Shown: positions 1 to 12,074, counted from the first letter of the stretch. The stretch is 64,000 bases of DNA from Callorhinchus milii (GCF_018977255.1 NW_024704743.1:89220001-89284000); one strand, 5' to 3'. Program-made: numbers and translations. Notes: generated by a model not told the origin, from the letters alone.

Positions 1-429
1 AATCAAGTCGATCATCTCTGGCAGTTTTCTGTCACAACATTTCTCAGCAACTCAGGATTACAGCTTTATTATTCAGAGGCAGCAGGTGGACAGTGGAATC
101 ATGGGGTGAATATTTATATTGTTTTCCTGCACACTTGCAAACTTCAGCTATTGTTATGTCCAGTGCGTGAAGGAAAATGGGCAAAAATAGGACAGGAGCC
201 TAAGGGACAATTTTCTCTCTGACTGTGTGAGGATGTACATGCGTGTGATTCAGGTGATGGGGTGGGGGTGGGGGCGAGAGGACTCACAAGACAAAAGACA
301 AGGGATCAACATGTTTCAATTTGCTGAATAGTGTTCCTATAGCGTGCTAACATTGTCACCCAGCACCATTGCCCTCCGGTGGTGCTATTTCTAACCCTGT
401 ACTTGATGGATAAAATAATCAATCACTCA

Positions 430-880
430 ATGGGTGGGGATGCGTGTCTGCCAGTGGGCAGGAGGATGGTGGCATTGCTCGCACGCATTCATGCTGAGCT
501 GTGCACATCACCAGGAGGCTCACAGGGTGGGAGTTCATGGTAACTGCCATCCACCAAGAGAGCACTGAAACCTTCTCTTGTCCGATGTTAAATAATGAGC
601 CAGTGACTATCTTCCTTGATGGAGAGGTAAGCCAAGCTGCCTCCAAGGTGATACGCTTGGCAGTGAAGTGTTGAAATCAAGTCGATCATCTGTGGCAATT
701 TTCTAATACTGGTTTCTGAGCCAGGCAGGTCCACAGCCCTCCAGGGCACTGTCACTGTTGATGACAGACCAGCGGCCTGCTTCAGCAGCAGGACTCGAAG
801 GGGCAGATCAGTCTTCCCACTCCGCTCTGGTTAATCCTGCATGCCAAGGCCCTAATGGATAGAGTGCTAATGTTCAGGTA
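430..880 (+). repeat. Copy of unclassified non-coding retroposon family (5'/central part)
   Basis: Shares tccaaggtga...ccagggcactg...gatgacagaccagc...ttaatcctgca...ccctaatgg with 8531-9413 and 33608-33938. Window bases 1-30 repeat 676-705. Confidence 0.6.
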
Positions 881-1439
881 CAATTTGTTACAGAATAGGT
901 TGAATGCAAAACTGGTTTGATTTGTACCTAATTAGCACTTGTATGACAATTGATTTCTTTTCTCTCATTCCACTTCACCGTTCCTTAAGGTGAGATAACA
1001 TTTCACGAGTATCAGTTCTCCTCATATACCTTAGAAAAGTTCATATAGAAGCCTAGGCAGTCAGTATTGCAAGACAAACAGCTGCGACTGGATTTGTCTT
1101 CATCTGGAACACTGGGAATTGCAATTCAACCTTAAGCCTTTCTGGTCTGTATGGCTAAGTGCCACACAACACAGTGCAGGAAGTCCTGCCAAAATATTTT
1201 GTTAAATAAGGATTAAAAATACAATATTTCATAACAGGGTGAATACAACAATTATCACATTGAATATAATATAGGCTATCACATTTTCACCATGTAGTTT
1301 TTGGCATAATTTTTCATTTCAGTAGAAAACCATTGATTTTTTTGCAGGGAAACAATACATATAATATATTGGATTTGCAGACTTGGTATAAGTTGGTTAG
1401 GTTTGCAGTTAATACCAAGTTGGGGAGAACAGTGGAATC

Positions 1440-2290
1440 AGAGGTGGCAACAATAGTCTTACAACAAGAGCTTGATACAGTATTTACATGGAATACCCAA
1501 ATTATTCCAGACTGGCAAATGAAGCTCAATACAGATAAATGCAAAGTACAGAACATAGAAAGTAAAAAATAGGAGGCATACACATAATCTGAGGATATGA
1601 TAGAATCTACCAAGAGGGAAGAGGGAATCCAAAAGATTTTTTAAATGAATCTTATCTATATTGTAAAAATATAGGGCGTTAATTGACTCATCACTCACAA
1701 TGTCTAAATAGTGTGAGATAGCAAATAAACAAGGCAAACAGGATGTTGGATTATATAGCCAAATCAGTTGAGTTCAGGTCACCAGAAGTCATGCTAAAGT
1801 TGTACAGTTCTCTGATCTGGCAATTCCTAGAGCTCTATATATAGTTCCAGTCACCATAACAGAAGAGAGCTCCCAGGCTTTAGAGTCAGTGCAGAAGCGA
1901 GCAGCAATAATGTGCTATGAGCAAAGACAAGACAAGCTGGGGAAAAATACATGTCATGAAAAATACATCTAAATGGGACCTTATAGAGATAGATAAGATT
2001 TTTTAAAAGTTTTTGGTTTATTTAAAATCTTAGATTTTGAGATATGCCAGGAGAACAGAGGACACAGGTCTCGAATTGCAAAGGTCAGTTTCAGGACCGA
2101 CATCAGGAAATATTTCTTAACCCAGAGGGTAATTAATGACTGGAATAAGTTCCAAGAAGCGTGTTGAGGCTAGGGCAATGGATTCATTTAATAAATGGCT
2201 TGATGCTGTAATTGGAAAAGTGTGGATGGGGGTTCTGGAAGGTTGATATCAAAGGGGCTGAAGGGCCTTCTTCATTTGAGCTTAACTGGT
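1440..2290 (+). mobile_element. Old degenerate CR1 LINE 3' fragment
   Basis: Decayed WQMKLNTDKCKV, ANRMLDYI and 'FLTQRVINDWNK'-like segments, plus a CR1-type 3' end (gggctgaagggccttcttc). Confidence 0.8.
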
Positions 2291-2641
2291 GATAACTGGA
2301 GGATATTAGATGCATAGATCTCGTATTTGACCAAGAATGGAACCTTCTGATCACATAGCAGTGATTAAATAAAAAAAACTATACACCCACCTTTTTGTCA
2401 GTAACAAACAAAATGTTTTTTGTACATTTTGTATATCGAAGAGTATAATTCCAATCATTGTTTCTGCAAGAAGTAAATTGATTGGAAAGGATTTTACACT
2501 GTGAATTATAAAAAAGCATTCATTGCATATTCGTAAAGTGCAATGTACCATTCAATATCATAAATATCACCTGGGCTAATTGTCGCTTCAACAAAAAAAA
2601 GTTTCCCTTTAGAATAATTGGGATTAGGACAAAGACTGGAT

Positions 2642-3035
2642 AATAATAATCCTTGCATTTGATAGCTTTTCATGTCAGGAGGACATCTCACACTGTGTCA
2701 CGTGTGACTGTGTATTTTATAGGCTAACACAGCAGCCAATTTGTGCACAGCAGTGTTTTACAAACAGTTATGAAGTGAATGAACAATTTTATCTATTGGC
2801 CAGGACAGTGGGAGAAACCCCCTTTTGAAACAGAAAATATATTAGGTCCACCTGAAAATGCAGACAAGATCTTGGTTTTAACCTCTCATATGAAGAACAG
2901 CAACTCCCACAATGTATTGTTCCCCGGACACTATATTTGAGTATTTGAATGTCAGCCTAGGGTGTGAGTTCTAAAAATCAACTTGGGGTTTGAACCCATC
3001 ATCTTCTGACTCAGAAGCAAAAGTGAGTTAGGCTG
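2642..3035 (-). mobile_element. Deu-domain SINE, old
   Basis: On the minus strand: tRNA-like head (gagtcagaagatgatgggttcaaacccc), Deu-like core and an atcaaatgcaaggattattatt tail. Confidence 0.7.
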
Positions 3036-4387
3036 ACTCTCACAGTTGCGTAAATTATCCTTTTCCCACACTGCAGTTTGAGAAATATATTCCTATTCAA
3101 TATTAAATTGGAATATTAGAGGTTTCTCAGTTGGCACAGCTTATATCTTTCTGGAAGAATATCATTAGTTCCAAGTCTTTGTAGAGCAATGTTACAACTG
3201 AAACTATATTAATCAGCTTAATAGTGATAAGAATATTTCCACATTTTCTGCAAAGTGCTACTTTCACCAGCCTTAATTTATAATATCAATGTTCTGACAT
3301 TGAAAATATCAAGATATAGTAAAACCTTTTATTGCCCTTTTTTTCTGAAGTGACTTCTTTGATTTGTTATCTTACTAATTGCTGATGATATATCATGCAT
3401 GCATTATATAGAACTGGTATTATATTGCTTCCGTGCAATTTTTATTTAACAGTTCCTTCTATCAATTGGACACAGAGTTTTGTTGAGGCAGTGATGTTAG
3501 ATTGTCCCACAGATTGACTGATAACGTTAAGGCACTTAAAGCTGTGTTGTACCCTCAGGTTTAAAATCTTATTTAACTGACTCAAATGTACTTGAGTGAC
3601 ATAAATATAAAGTACAGACTAGCTTTCTGGCCAATTGAGGTAGAATATCACCCTAAGGATTACTCAAGTGACTTGTAGTCAGTTAGAAATTCTTGTAGCT
3701 GTTATTCCCTGGTGAAATGCGAGTGTGATTTGTAGCAATTTCACTGTACCAAAATGCAGAATGCCAAGGAAAATAATTTATTCTGGAAAGCGCTCATCCA
3801 TGAACATACGGTACCTGATTATTATACTCATAGATGGAATGGTAACTCTTTCCCACTCAAGGTATTGAAGCATTTTTATTATTTTCAGGGGGAAAAAAAA
3901 TCACCTTTAGTTTTGGTGTGAAAGAGAGGATGTAATTGGTGAATATAATCCCAACGATTATTCCTTGTAAGAAGGGAATGATTGGAGAGGAGTGTGTACA
4001 GTGGATTATAAAGAGCCATTTGGTGTATATTTTGCATCTACAAAGTGAAAAGTGTAACATCAATGTCATCATCATCATCATCATCAGTGCTAATTATCAC
4101 ACCAACAAAAAAATGTGACCGAAACCTGTTTTTAACCATGAACAGTTTGAGGTTTTCGGCTCCCTCACCTCTTCTCACTTTGACATAAAGATTGAGCCTA
4201 AATATTTCAGTGCTAAATGTGTATTTTCCAGCTGTGAAGAACAGCAATTCTGGGCTGCTAACAAAGAGGATACCAGCTATCTTTTTAAACGCTCTGAGTC
4301 ATTATCCTACGTGAAGAGCCGTATGTAAATGCAAGTTTTTGATGTCCTGTGAAGTGACTGTCAATTACTTGCTCAATGGTAGGGTAG

Positions 4388-5155
4388 AGGTTGCACACTC
4401 AACCTCACAAAGCCAGTCAGGAACCTGGGTGTCTTGTTTGACCCTGAACTGTCCATTTTCCCCCAAATCTGCGTCATGACCGGCACTGCCTACCACCACC
4501 TCCGCAACTCTGCCACTGCCTCACCCCTCAGGCTGCCGAATCCCTTAACCACGTATTCGTCACATCAAGGCTCAATTATGGAAATTCCCTCCTCATCGGC
4601 CTTCCCAACTCTTCCCTTCACAAGCTGCAGATCATCCAAAACTCTGCAGCTCATGTACTCCCGCGCATCAGGCCCCGCGACCCCATCACCCCCACCCTCG
4701 CCTGACTCCACTGGCTCCCCATCCCTCAGAGGATCGAGTTCAGGATCCTCATCCTCACTTTCAAGGCCATCCATGGCCTTGCCCCCTCCTACCTCTCTGA
4801 CCTGCTGACTCCCTATCAACTTGCCCGCTCCGTCCGTTCAACAGGCTCCGGCCTGCTCCATGTCTTCTGCCTGACCCGCTCTACCATCGGTGGCCGGGCT
4901 TTCAGCCTCTCTGCCCCCACACTCTGGACCTCCATCCCACAGTCCCTTCGCCTCGCTTCCTCCCTTGCCTCCTTCAAGGCTGGGCTCAAGACCCTCCTTT
5001 TCAATCGTGCCTTCAGTCACCCTCCCACCTCTCTGTCTTCCCTCACCCCTACTTCACCCTTCCCCTATGCTCGGGTCCTGACCCCTGACTGTCCAGCACC
5101 TTGGGACATCCTCCTGAAGTGAAAGGCGCTCTATAAATGTAATTTTGTTGTTGTA
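4388..5155 (+). mobile_element. L2-clade LINE, 5'-truncated 3' fragment
   Basis: [18 protein letters not shown] RT C-terminus, frameshifted. 3' end gtgaaaggcgctctataaatgtaattttgttgttg. Confidence 0.9.
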
Positions 5156-5215
5156 AATAAATCAGGAACTGCTCCCAATAAGTAGGAATCCAAGATAGCA
5201 GCTAAAAGGTTTAAA

Positions 5216-5251
5216 GCGCTATATCAAATGCAAGGATTATTATTATTATTA
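5216..5251 (+). mobile_element. Extremely 5'-truncated SINE/LINE tail with 13-bp TSD
   Basis: gcgctatatcaaatgcaagg(att)n flanked by taaaaggtttaaa at 5203-5215 and 5252-5264. Confidence 0.8.
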
Positions 5252-5483
5252 TAAAAGGTTTAAAAACTGACTTCAGACCAAATCATTGTGCTGAAACCTG
5301 CGGGAATTGGAGAGCTCACTTCCGAACCTGGGTATTATATAGGCTAGTTAAACATCACATGTATCACTACATGTTTCACTAAACTTTGGGTGGATGTGTG
5401 CTCGTGGGGGAGGGGTCACTGCTGAGCAGTGGAAAATGTTTCCATTTTATTCAATCGGTGGTCAGCACCAAGTACTACCAAGG

Positions 5484-5690
5484 CAGAAGTCGCTGGGAAC
5501 ACTTAGCAGATCAGCATCATCTATGGAGAAAGGAAAGTGAGTCAAAGTTTTGGGTCCACGACCCTTCGTCAGAACTCGAAACGTTGACTCACTTTCCTTT
5601 CTGCGTAGATGCTGCCTGACCTGCTGAGTGTTCCCAGCGACTTCTGTTTTTGTTTCCAGATTTCCAGCATCTGCAGTATTTTGTCTTTTG
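5484..5690. mobile_element. Penelope-like element pseudo-LTR remnants in inverted arrangement
   Basis: Arms ~5484-5550 and ~5579-5646 are reverse complements. The sequence is homologous to the terminus of the GIY-YIG-bearing element at 57356-57495. Confidence 0.8.
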
Positions 5691-6036
5691 ATTTACGGCC
5701 CAAGGTAGGTCATGCACGGAATGAATGCAAAGTAGAGCTTCTTCTGGGGTGTCTCAACTGTTTATCTTTCCCTCCCAACTTCATTTTTTTTAAAAAACAC
5801 TGCCCCAATGTGAACTTTTCCATATTTTTCTCCACTAACAATTCTTATCACGGGAAGCACTGTACGTGCTGTGCGCTCACATCCATTGATAAGTGACCAG
5901 CTTCATGAAACCCGACAGCTAACAGAAAGAGGAAACTTAAATAATCACATGTCTCAGCATTTACTTCTCCCCCTCCCTCAATAGCCTAATGAATTACTTT
6001 GACTGTATCCATGGTTCAGCATTGTTCATGTTTAGT

Positions 6037-6170
6037 TTTTTTTGGTCAGGCAGGTATCTGACACATGTAGAAATCCGTCAGCTTGCTTAAGAGTACATAA
6101 ACCACACTGAGAATTCTTATATATCAGCTTCACATGGACATTTCCACTTTTTGGAATGGAATACCTCAAG
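6037..6170 (-). repeat. 3' end of unclassified A-tailed retroposon family
   Basis: Minus strand ends catgtgtcagatacctgcctgacc-A8. Homologous to 9280-9413. Confidence 0.65.
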
Positions 6171-6264
6171 GTGCTTTCCTAAATCCTGAAAGTGTTAGGC
6201 ATAGATTGGTTTGGGAATCCTACAGTGTGCGTTCGGGCACTGCTGGAGCTTAACCGTAGTTTCA

Positions 6265-7090
6265 AGGCTGAGGCCTTCCTGATTGGCTCGCACCAGCGCC
6301 TCAGCACCTCAGGCTCTGGCAGCATCAACCTCCATGGTTGCACACTACAACTCACTGCCAGTCAGGAACCTCGGTGTCTTGTTCGACCCTCAACTGTCTT
6401 CTTCCCCACATCCAAGCCATGACCCGCTCTGCTTTCCCTCACCTCCGTAACAATGTCCGACTCCGCCACTACCTCACCCCTCAGCTCTTGTTCATGCCTT
6501 CATCACCTCCAGGCTCGACTATGCAAACACCCTGCTTGTCGGCCTTCCCAACTCTTCCCTCCACAGGCTGCAGATAATCCAGAACTCTGCAGCCCATGTC
6601 CTCTCCCGCACCAAACTCCGTGACCCCATCTCCCCCACTCTCGCCCGACTCCATTGGCTCCCTATCCTTCAGAGGATCCAGTTCAAGATCTTGGTCCTCA
6701 CATACAAAGCCCTCCATGGCCTCGCCCCACCCTACCTCTGTGACCTCCTAACCCCCTACCAAACCGCCCGCTCCCTCCGCTCAGCCGGCTCTGGTCTGCT
6801 CCACGTCCCCCGACCCACCTGCCCCACCATTGGAGAGAGAGCCTTCAGCCACTCTGCCCCCAACCTCTGGAATTCCATTCCTCAACACTCTGCCTCGCCC
6901 CCTCCTTAACCTCCTTCAAATCCCACCTCAAGACCCTCCGCTTTGATCATGCCATCGGTCACCCCCCTTCCCTCCCCTCCCTTCTCCCGCCCTGACCCCA
7001 GCTCGGGTCTGAAATGCTGTACACTGTCCAGCGCATTGGGACGTCCTCCCGATGTGAAAGGCGCTATACAAATGTAATGTTGTTGTTGTA
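6265..7090 (+). mobile_element. L2-clade LINE 3' fragment
   Basis: EAFLIGSHQRL and LTYKALHGLAPPYLCDLL...PTIGERAFSHSAPNLWNSIP, with a (TTG)n tail. Confidence 0.92.
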
Positions 7091-7104
7091 GTTTGTCATT
7101 AAAA

Positions 7105-7280
7105 TCACTGTATGGCAAAGCCCACCCTGTGTGCCCAGCGTGGACCATCTTGTTACGGTTTGGGCTTGCTAGGTTTACAGTAGCTGAGTAGGAAGAGTCC
7201 CTGCCCCCAGTATCCAGGTCTGCCTCTCCCAAGACCTGCCGATGAAACCATGCTGGCTGGTCTGTCTTCAGCACTGCTGA
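7105..7280 (-). repeat. Central fragment of unclassified retroposon family
   Basis: Reverse complement gctgaagacagaccagccagcatggtttcatcggcagg...ctgtaaacctagcaagcccaaa matches 8975-9090 and 33735-33845. Confidence 0.6.
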
Positions 7281-8530
7281 AGTTTAGATGTAACTTGATG
7301 GAATATGTTTTACTGCAAATAAAATCAAGTTAATTTACAGCTTGAGTGTTCTGGTAAGTGTCAGACGGAGGCAGTTCTGCAAGCTTCAGCTCCACATGCA
7401 CCAAGATGTAAACAGACTGAGCAGATAGATGGCATTACATTAGAGCTCATAGTTATCTTGAGAACACATTCATGGTGTGATACTGTAGTTCAATGCACAT
7501 GATTAAAGGCTATTACACCTTCAAAATGGCCCAATCTTTCCTTTCTTACAGCCCTTCAGCAAAATATTTTTTTATTTCTTATGAGTAATATTGCATAAGA
7601 GAACTAGAGAAATATAAAATGTACCTATTTCAAAGTATTTGTGGTTTAGACTAAACACACGTGATTTTAAGCTTTGTCTACAAATGCTACTGCTGTCCCT
7701 TAAGTATCAGGTTTCAGTGTAAGACATGGCATATATCATAAGCTGATCCCGACTTCCCTGTTTAAGTGCTTTCTGCAATGGCTTTGGACTGTTTGCAGTG
7801 GAGGCCAATGCGAAAGCAAGAGTCCATGATCCATAAAGAGTCAAGAACCCAATAAGTTGATTTTCAGAGGGAAATTATGTTGTTAAGGATGAAATTGCAT
7901 TATCATTATAGACTTGCGAGCTAAAAAGCTTTTTAGGAGAACTGTGATCTTATCAGGGATAAATCAAACCCATTAATAAAGTTCCACTGGCCCCATTTGG
8001 ATAAATACACTAAATGTGTAAAGAATTGTTTTTAAATCTTCTACATTAGCTAAAGATGAATACCAATAAGTACATTAATTTCAATATAATTATGGTAGAA
8101 TATCTTGATTGATTGTTTTTGGTCGTGCTTACGGTCACCTCCCTCTCCCTCACCCCCTGGCTCGAGGTCAGAATCCACCTATGTCAAGCAAGCACTCTGG
8201 GACACTACCCCGTAAGAAAAATAGTAGTTTCTACTGTTGACTTCAAAAGCTTTTTTTTAATGTAGTTTTATTCTAGTTGATATTAAATGGATATTTTATT
8301 GTGACCAATATCCGAATTTGTAACAGTTAGTTGTAATCAATAACAAACTGAAAGGTATTGACAGTATGGAGTTAGACACTGCTCTATATATACAGTGCAA
8401 GAAGTTAATACTTAACATCCATAACTCCTCTGTAGTGTTAAATTATTACTGTAAAGGTTAGAGAGTTGTAATTCACACTGCTCAAAGATGATGCCGAACG
8501 AATTTGAATTTGCCATGCTATAATTCATGT

Positions 8531-9413
8531 GTCCTTGGAGCTGAACTGGCTCCAAGGTGACATGGCTGGCAATGGAATGTCGAAATCGAGCCAACCCTTT
8601 GTGGTGGTCTCAGTAGTCCAGTCCCTGAGCCAGGCTCAGTATTCCAGGGCAATGCTGATCGTGTGGAGTCCTGTAGCTCAGTGGTTAGAGCACTCGCCTT
8701 GCAAGCGAGAGACCTGGGTTCGATTCCCACCAATCTTGGGCAAGTTTCCTTACTCCACACACCTGATAATAGTCCCTCAAGAAAAAAAACAATAATAATT
8801 TGGTTACTGATCCATGGCTGTTTGTGGGACATTGCTGTGCGCAATTGCCTGGTGCGTTTCGCCCACAAAAATATACAGTCAATTCACTTTACAGTATATT
8901 CTGTGAAGCGCTTTGAGACGTCTAGAAGACTTGAAAAGCGCTATATCAAATGCAAGGATTATTATTATTATGATGATGACAGCACAGCCAGCCTGGCTGA
9001 TTGGCAGGACCTGGAAGCGCAAACCAGTCCCCAGGGACAGGGAGTTATTTACCCAGCACCTGTTAACCCTGCAAGCCAAATCCCTAATGGGTAGGGTGGT
9101 CCCAGCTGGACAAGCAACCGGAAAGTTTGCTGGACAGAAATATCAATGCCAAATTGTGCGGTTTTAGCTGGTTAAGCTCCAGCAGTATTTCAACACACAA
9201 GCCTTGGCTCTCACCAACCTGCGCCTAATACTTTCCAGAATTAGGTAAGTAGCATGCATTCCTTCGGGGAGAGAGTATGCATTCCATTCCAACAATCTAT
9301 CCCTGGGATTTTTATGTGTACATGGGATGCATGGAAATCTAAGCTTGGTTTGGATACTCTTAAGCATGGTGATGGGTTTCTGCACATGTCAGACATCTGG
9401 CTAACAAAAAAAA
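8531..9413 (+). repeat. Most complete copy of unclassified A-tailed retroposon family (interrupted by a SINE)
   Basis: Colinear with 33608-33938 once the SINE is removed. Ends gtcagacatctggctaac-A8. Confidence 0.7.
8663..8971 (+). mobile_element. tRNA(Ala-like)-derived SINE, full-length short subfamily
   Basis: A box TAGCTCAGTGG, TGC anticodon-like loop, B box GGTTCGATTCC, L2-like tail and (ATT)n. Confidence 0.92.
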
Positions 9414-9813
9414 GCCATAATTCACATTTGTAACTCATGCATAGATACATTGATAGATTGAGAAATGTTCAATTTAAAAAAGAATCTTACATGTACATTG
9501 TTTGAAGCATTTTTCTGTGTGGCCAGATTTTATTGGAGAATTGTCAGACAGCCCAGTCTGTGTTTGAGACTATTGTGGTATTTTGTGGGTGTTGCAGATC
9601 ATTCTCTATATTCCGTTACTGTTTTAATATATTGGGCTGTCATCAAGTAAGTTTGTTTTATATGACTGAATCCAGATATTAGTCATCAATATGGATAAAG
9701 CTCTTAATGAACTACAATCACATATCATCTGAATCAACAACAACAACAACAACTTGCATTTATATAGCGCCCTTCATGTGGAGCATGAGCAAATCCCGGA
9801 ATCCTGATATATT

Positions 9814-10108
9814 AGGGTGAAATTTGTGATGCTACTATAGTGGAAGGGACTGTGTCCTCAGCATAATAATTGAATCTGAGAGAATCCCTCATTTGAAACA
9901 TATTTGGGCCTAAAAGCGTTTATTCAACACTGCACAAAAGGAAACTAACCAATTTAAATTGGTTTAATCCAAATTCAAGATGGTGGTAGGAGCAGGGCAA
10001 GCTGGTGATGATTGACATCTGAGTTTACACTGGTGCTAAATTAAGTAAGAAATTCATGTTGTTTCCTGGCACGTTATTTGAATTATCAAATATCGCAAAT
10101 TTCACCCC
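9814..10108. mobile_element. MITE-like element with ~17-bp terminal inverted repeats (PIF/Harbinger-like GGG termini)
   Basis: agggtgaaatttgtgat ... atcgcaaatttcacccc (15/17 match). TSD not clean. Confidence 0.55.
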
Positions 10109-10764
10109 GTGATTGAAGGGCATTTTCAATTTCCAAATGTGAATAGTTCAGGTTCTCTGAGGATTTCCTAAAAAGAAAGCTGTGATGATGTATTACAAGA
10201 GTTCACCTTTAGTTGTGGAGGGACTTGTACGAATGGATCATTATTTGATTAACAGCTTAAACAAAAATGGAATTGAAATGCAAAGAGTGTGATTGAATTC
10301 ACAGTAATTGACTCAGTGTGCTGTCCTTTCCAACTGAGGATAAGACAGATGATTGACAAATTGGACCTTTAGTCTTGTCCTTCAGTTGTTCTGCTTGTCC
10401 TCAATTTGGCAAGGTAATGCACCGCATGTCCATTATGGCTTAAGTAATTGCTGCCAAATGAAATGAATGCACTGCTCCTAATGCAAGTCACAGTTTTGAA
10501 ATTAAAACAATCGTTCACACCAAAGGATGGGATAAATCAACTTGTTGTGGCTAGGTGAATCCCACCTTGAACCTTAAATGATGGTAGATTGCTGGATGAA
10601 GGTAAGACTGAGGTAGGTAAAGAGTTCCAGTCTTTAATCCTAAAAAAGAACAAGTTAAAGTAAGAGAGTGCAGCATAACCATGGCTGAAATCTTGATTTG
10701 GTATGAGACATCATGCTCCTCATTACTGTATTGATCAAGTTTAACATAACGGTGCTTCAGGAGA

Positions 10765-10985
10765 AAATAATAACAATAATAATAATCCTTGCATTTGATA
10801 TAGCGCTTTTCACTTCTTCTAGACGTCTCAAAGTGCTCCACAGAATATATTGTAAAGTGAATTGACTGTATATTTGTGAGCGATCGCGGCAGCCAATTGC
10901 GCACAGCAATGTCCCACAAACAGTCGTAGATTGAAAATAACCAATTTTATTATTGTTTTGTTTTGGAGAGATTATAAAATACCCC
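10765..10985 (-). mobile_element. tRNA-derived SINE, 5'-truncated
   Basis: Same body and tail as 8663-8971 in reverse orientation. Confidence 0.9.
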
Positions 10986-11363
10986 ATTTAATAATAAGGC
11001 ATGGGCTAAATTTTCATTAAAATCTAAACCTATCACAATAAGGCAAAGGTACACATTTCCAGTTTACTTGTCCAATTAGCTTGGGTGATCTATGCAAGGA
11101 CAGCTTCAAGATTTTGGATTGTAGGTGGAGGAGCCCACAGAACTGAAGCTACTGTTTCAAAAGATGGAGTAGGGAAAGATAGCTAATTTCCCCTAACTAA
11201 TCCTGATACAATGAAAATTCTGTATGAGCTCTTGTCACCTGGAGAAATGAGGTACATTGTTTTGAAAAGACGATTGAAGCTCACTGTGCCTGGTTAGTGT
11301 GAAGGCTTTTCTTATAGCTATGAACAGCTATGATTTGATGGAGGATTCCACAAAATCTGTCCC

Positions 11364-11444
11364 TCCTTCCCTTTTGACTTGGTAGTTATCTCCTTCACAT
11401 TTGACTTGCTGATTATCTCCATCCCTTTTGACTTGGTAGTTAGC
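11364..11444. repeat. 27-bp tandem repeat, 3 copies
   Basis: tccttcccttttgacttggtagttatc / tccttcacatttgacttgctgattatc / tccatcccttttgacttggtagttagc. Confidence 0.85.
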
Positions 11445-12074
11445 TTCGTGTCTGCACACCCCTCTATCTTCATCGGATCCAAATTGGAAGCAAACCTTTT
11501 ATTTTTGAATGTGAATGTCACTTTGAGGACTTTAATTCTGACAATATTTTTAGTATGAACGAAACTAGATGTAGGACTTTGTTTCAGTCCATCATTAATG
11601 TTGAAAAGAGTAGGAGAAAGGACTAGATAAATCAAGCTAGTTAGAGGTAACACCAAGCAAGTAATTTAAAGGCCTGTAGATTGTAAGAAGAAGGGTAAAT
11701 GAAAGGAATAAGAGGTTCCACAAACTTGAGGGACTAAAACAGATGAATTTGAATAGGAAATGTCACAGTGAGTTTTAGTTTCAAAATAGGTTGGGGGCTA
11801 AAGTAAAAGAGGATATGGGTGGTTTGGTTGGAGCTTGGAATGATAAGGGAATGTTTAGAATCAATAATGGCCACAAAAGCATTGATCAAAACAAGAAAGA
11901 TTGCACAGTTGAGAGAGAAGATTAGAGATTCTGGAGCTGAGCAGAGACAATAACTTTTTCTCATTTAATAATAACCACACACAGAGCTCCAGAGGCCTTT
12001 TTAAACTTCAAGTAATAGCAATGTTGCACGAGGGCACTGCTGTTTTTCTTTCATGACTCAAGTAATATACCTTC

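Noticed and set aside
4434..5081. Pro/Ser-rich and Gly/Glu-rich ORFs
   Set aside because: They are alternative or antisense frames of C-rich L2 sequence.
8663..8735. tRNA-Ala(TGC)-like gene (also at 18555-18618, 22580-22648, 28635-28704, 35865-35934, 52470-52537)
   Set aside because: No proper acceptor stem, and each copy runs into the same SINE body and tail, so these are SINE heads rather than tRNA genes.
11364..11444. CRISPR-like array
   Set aside because: Contiguous tandem units without unique spacers, in a vertebrate intron, with no cas genes.
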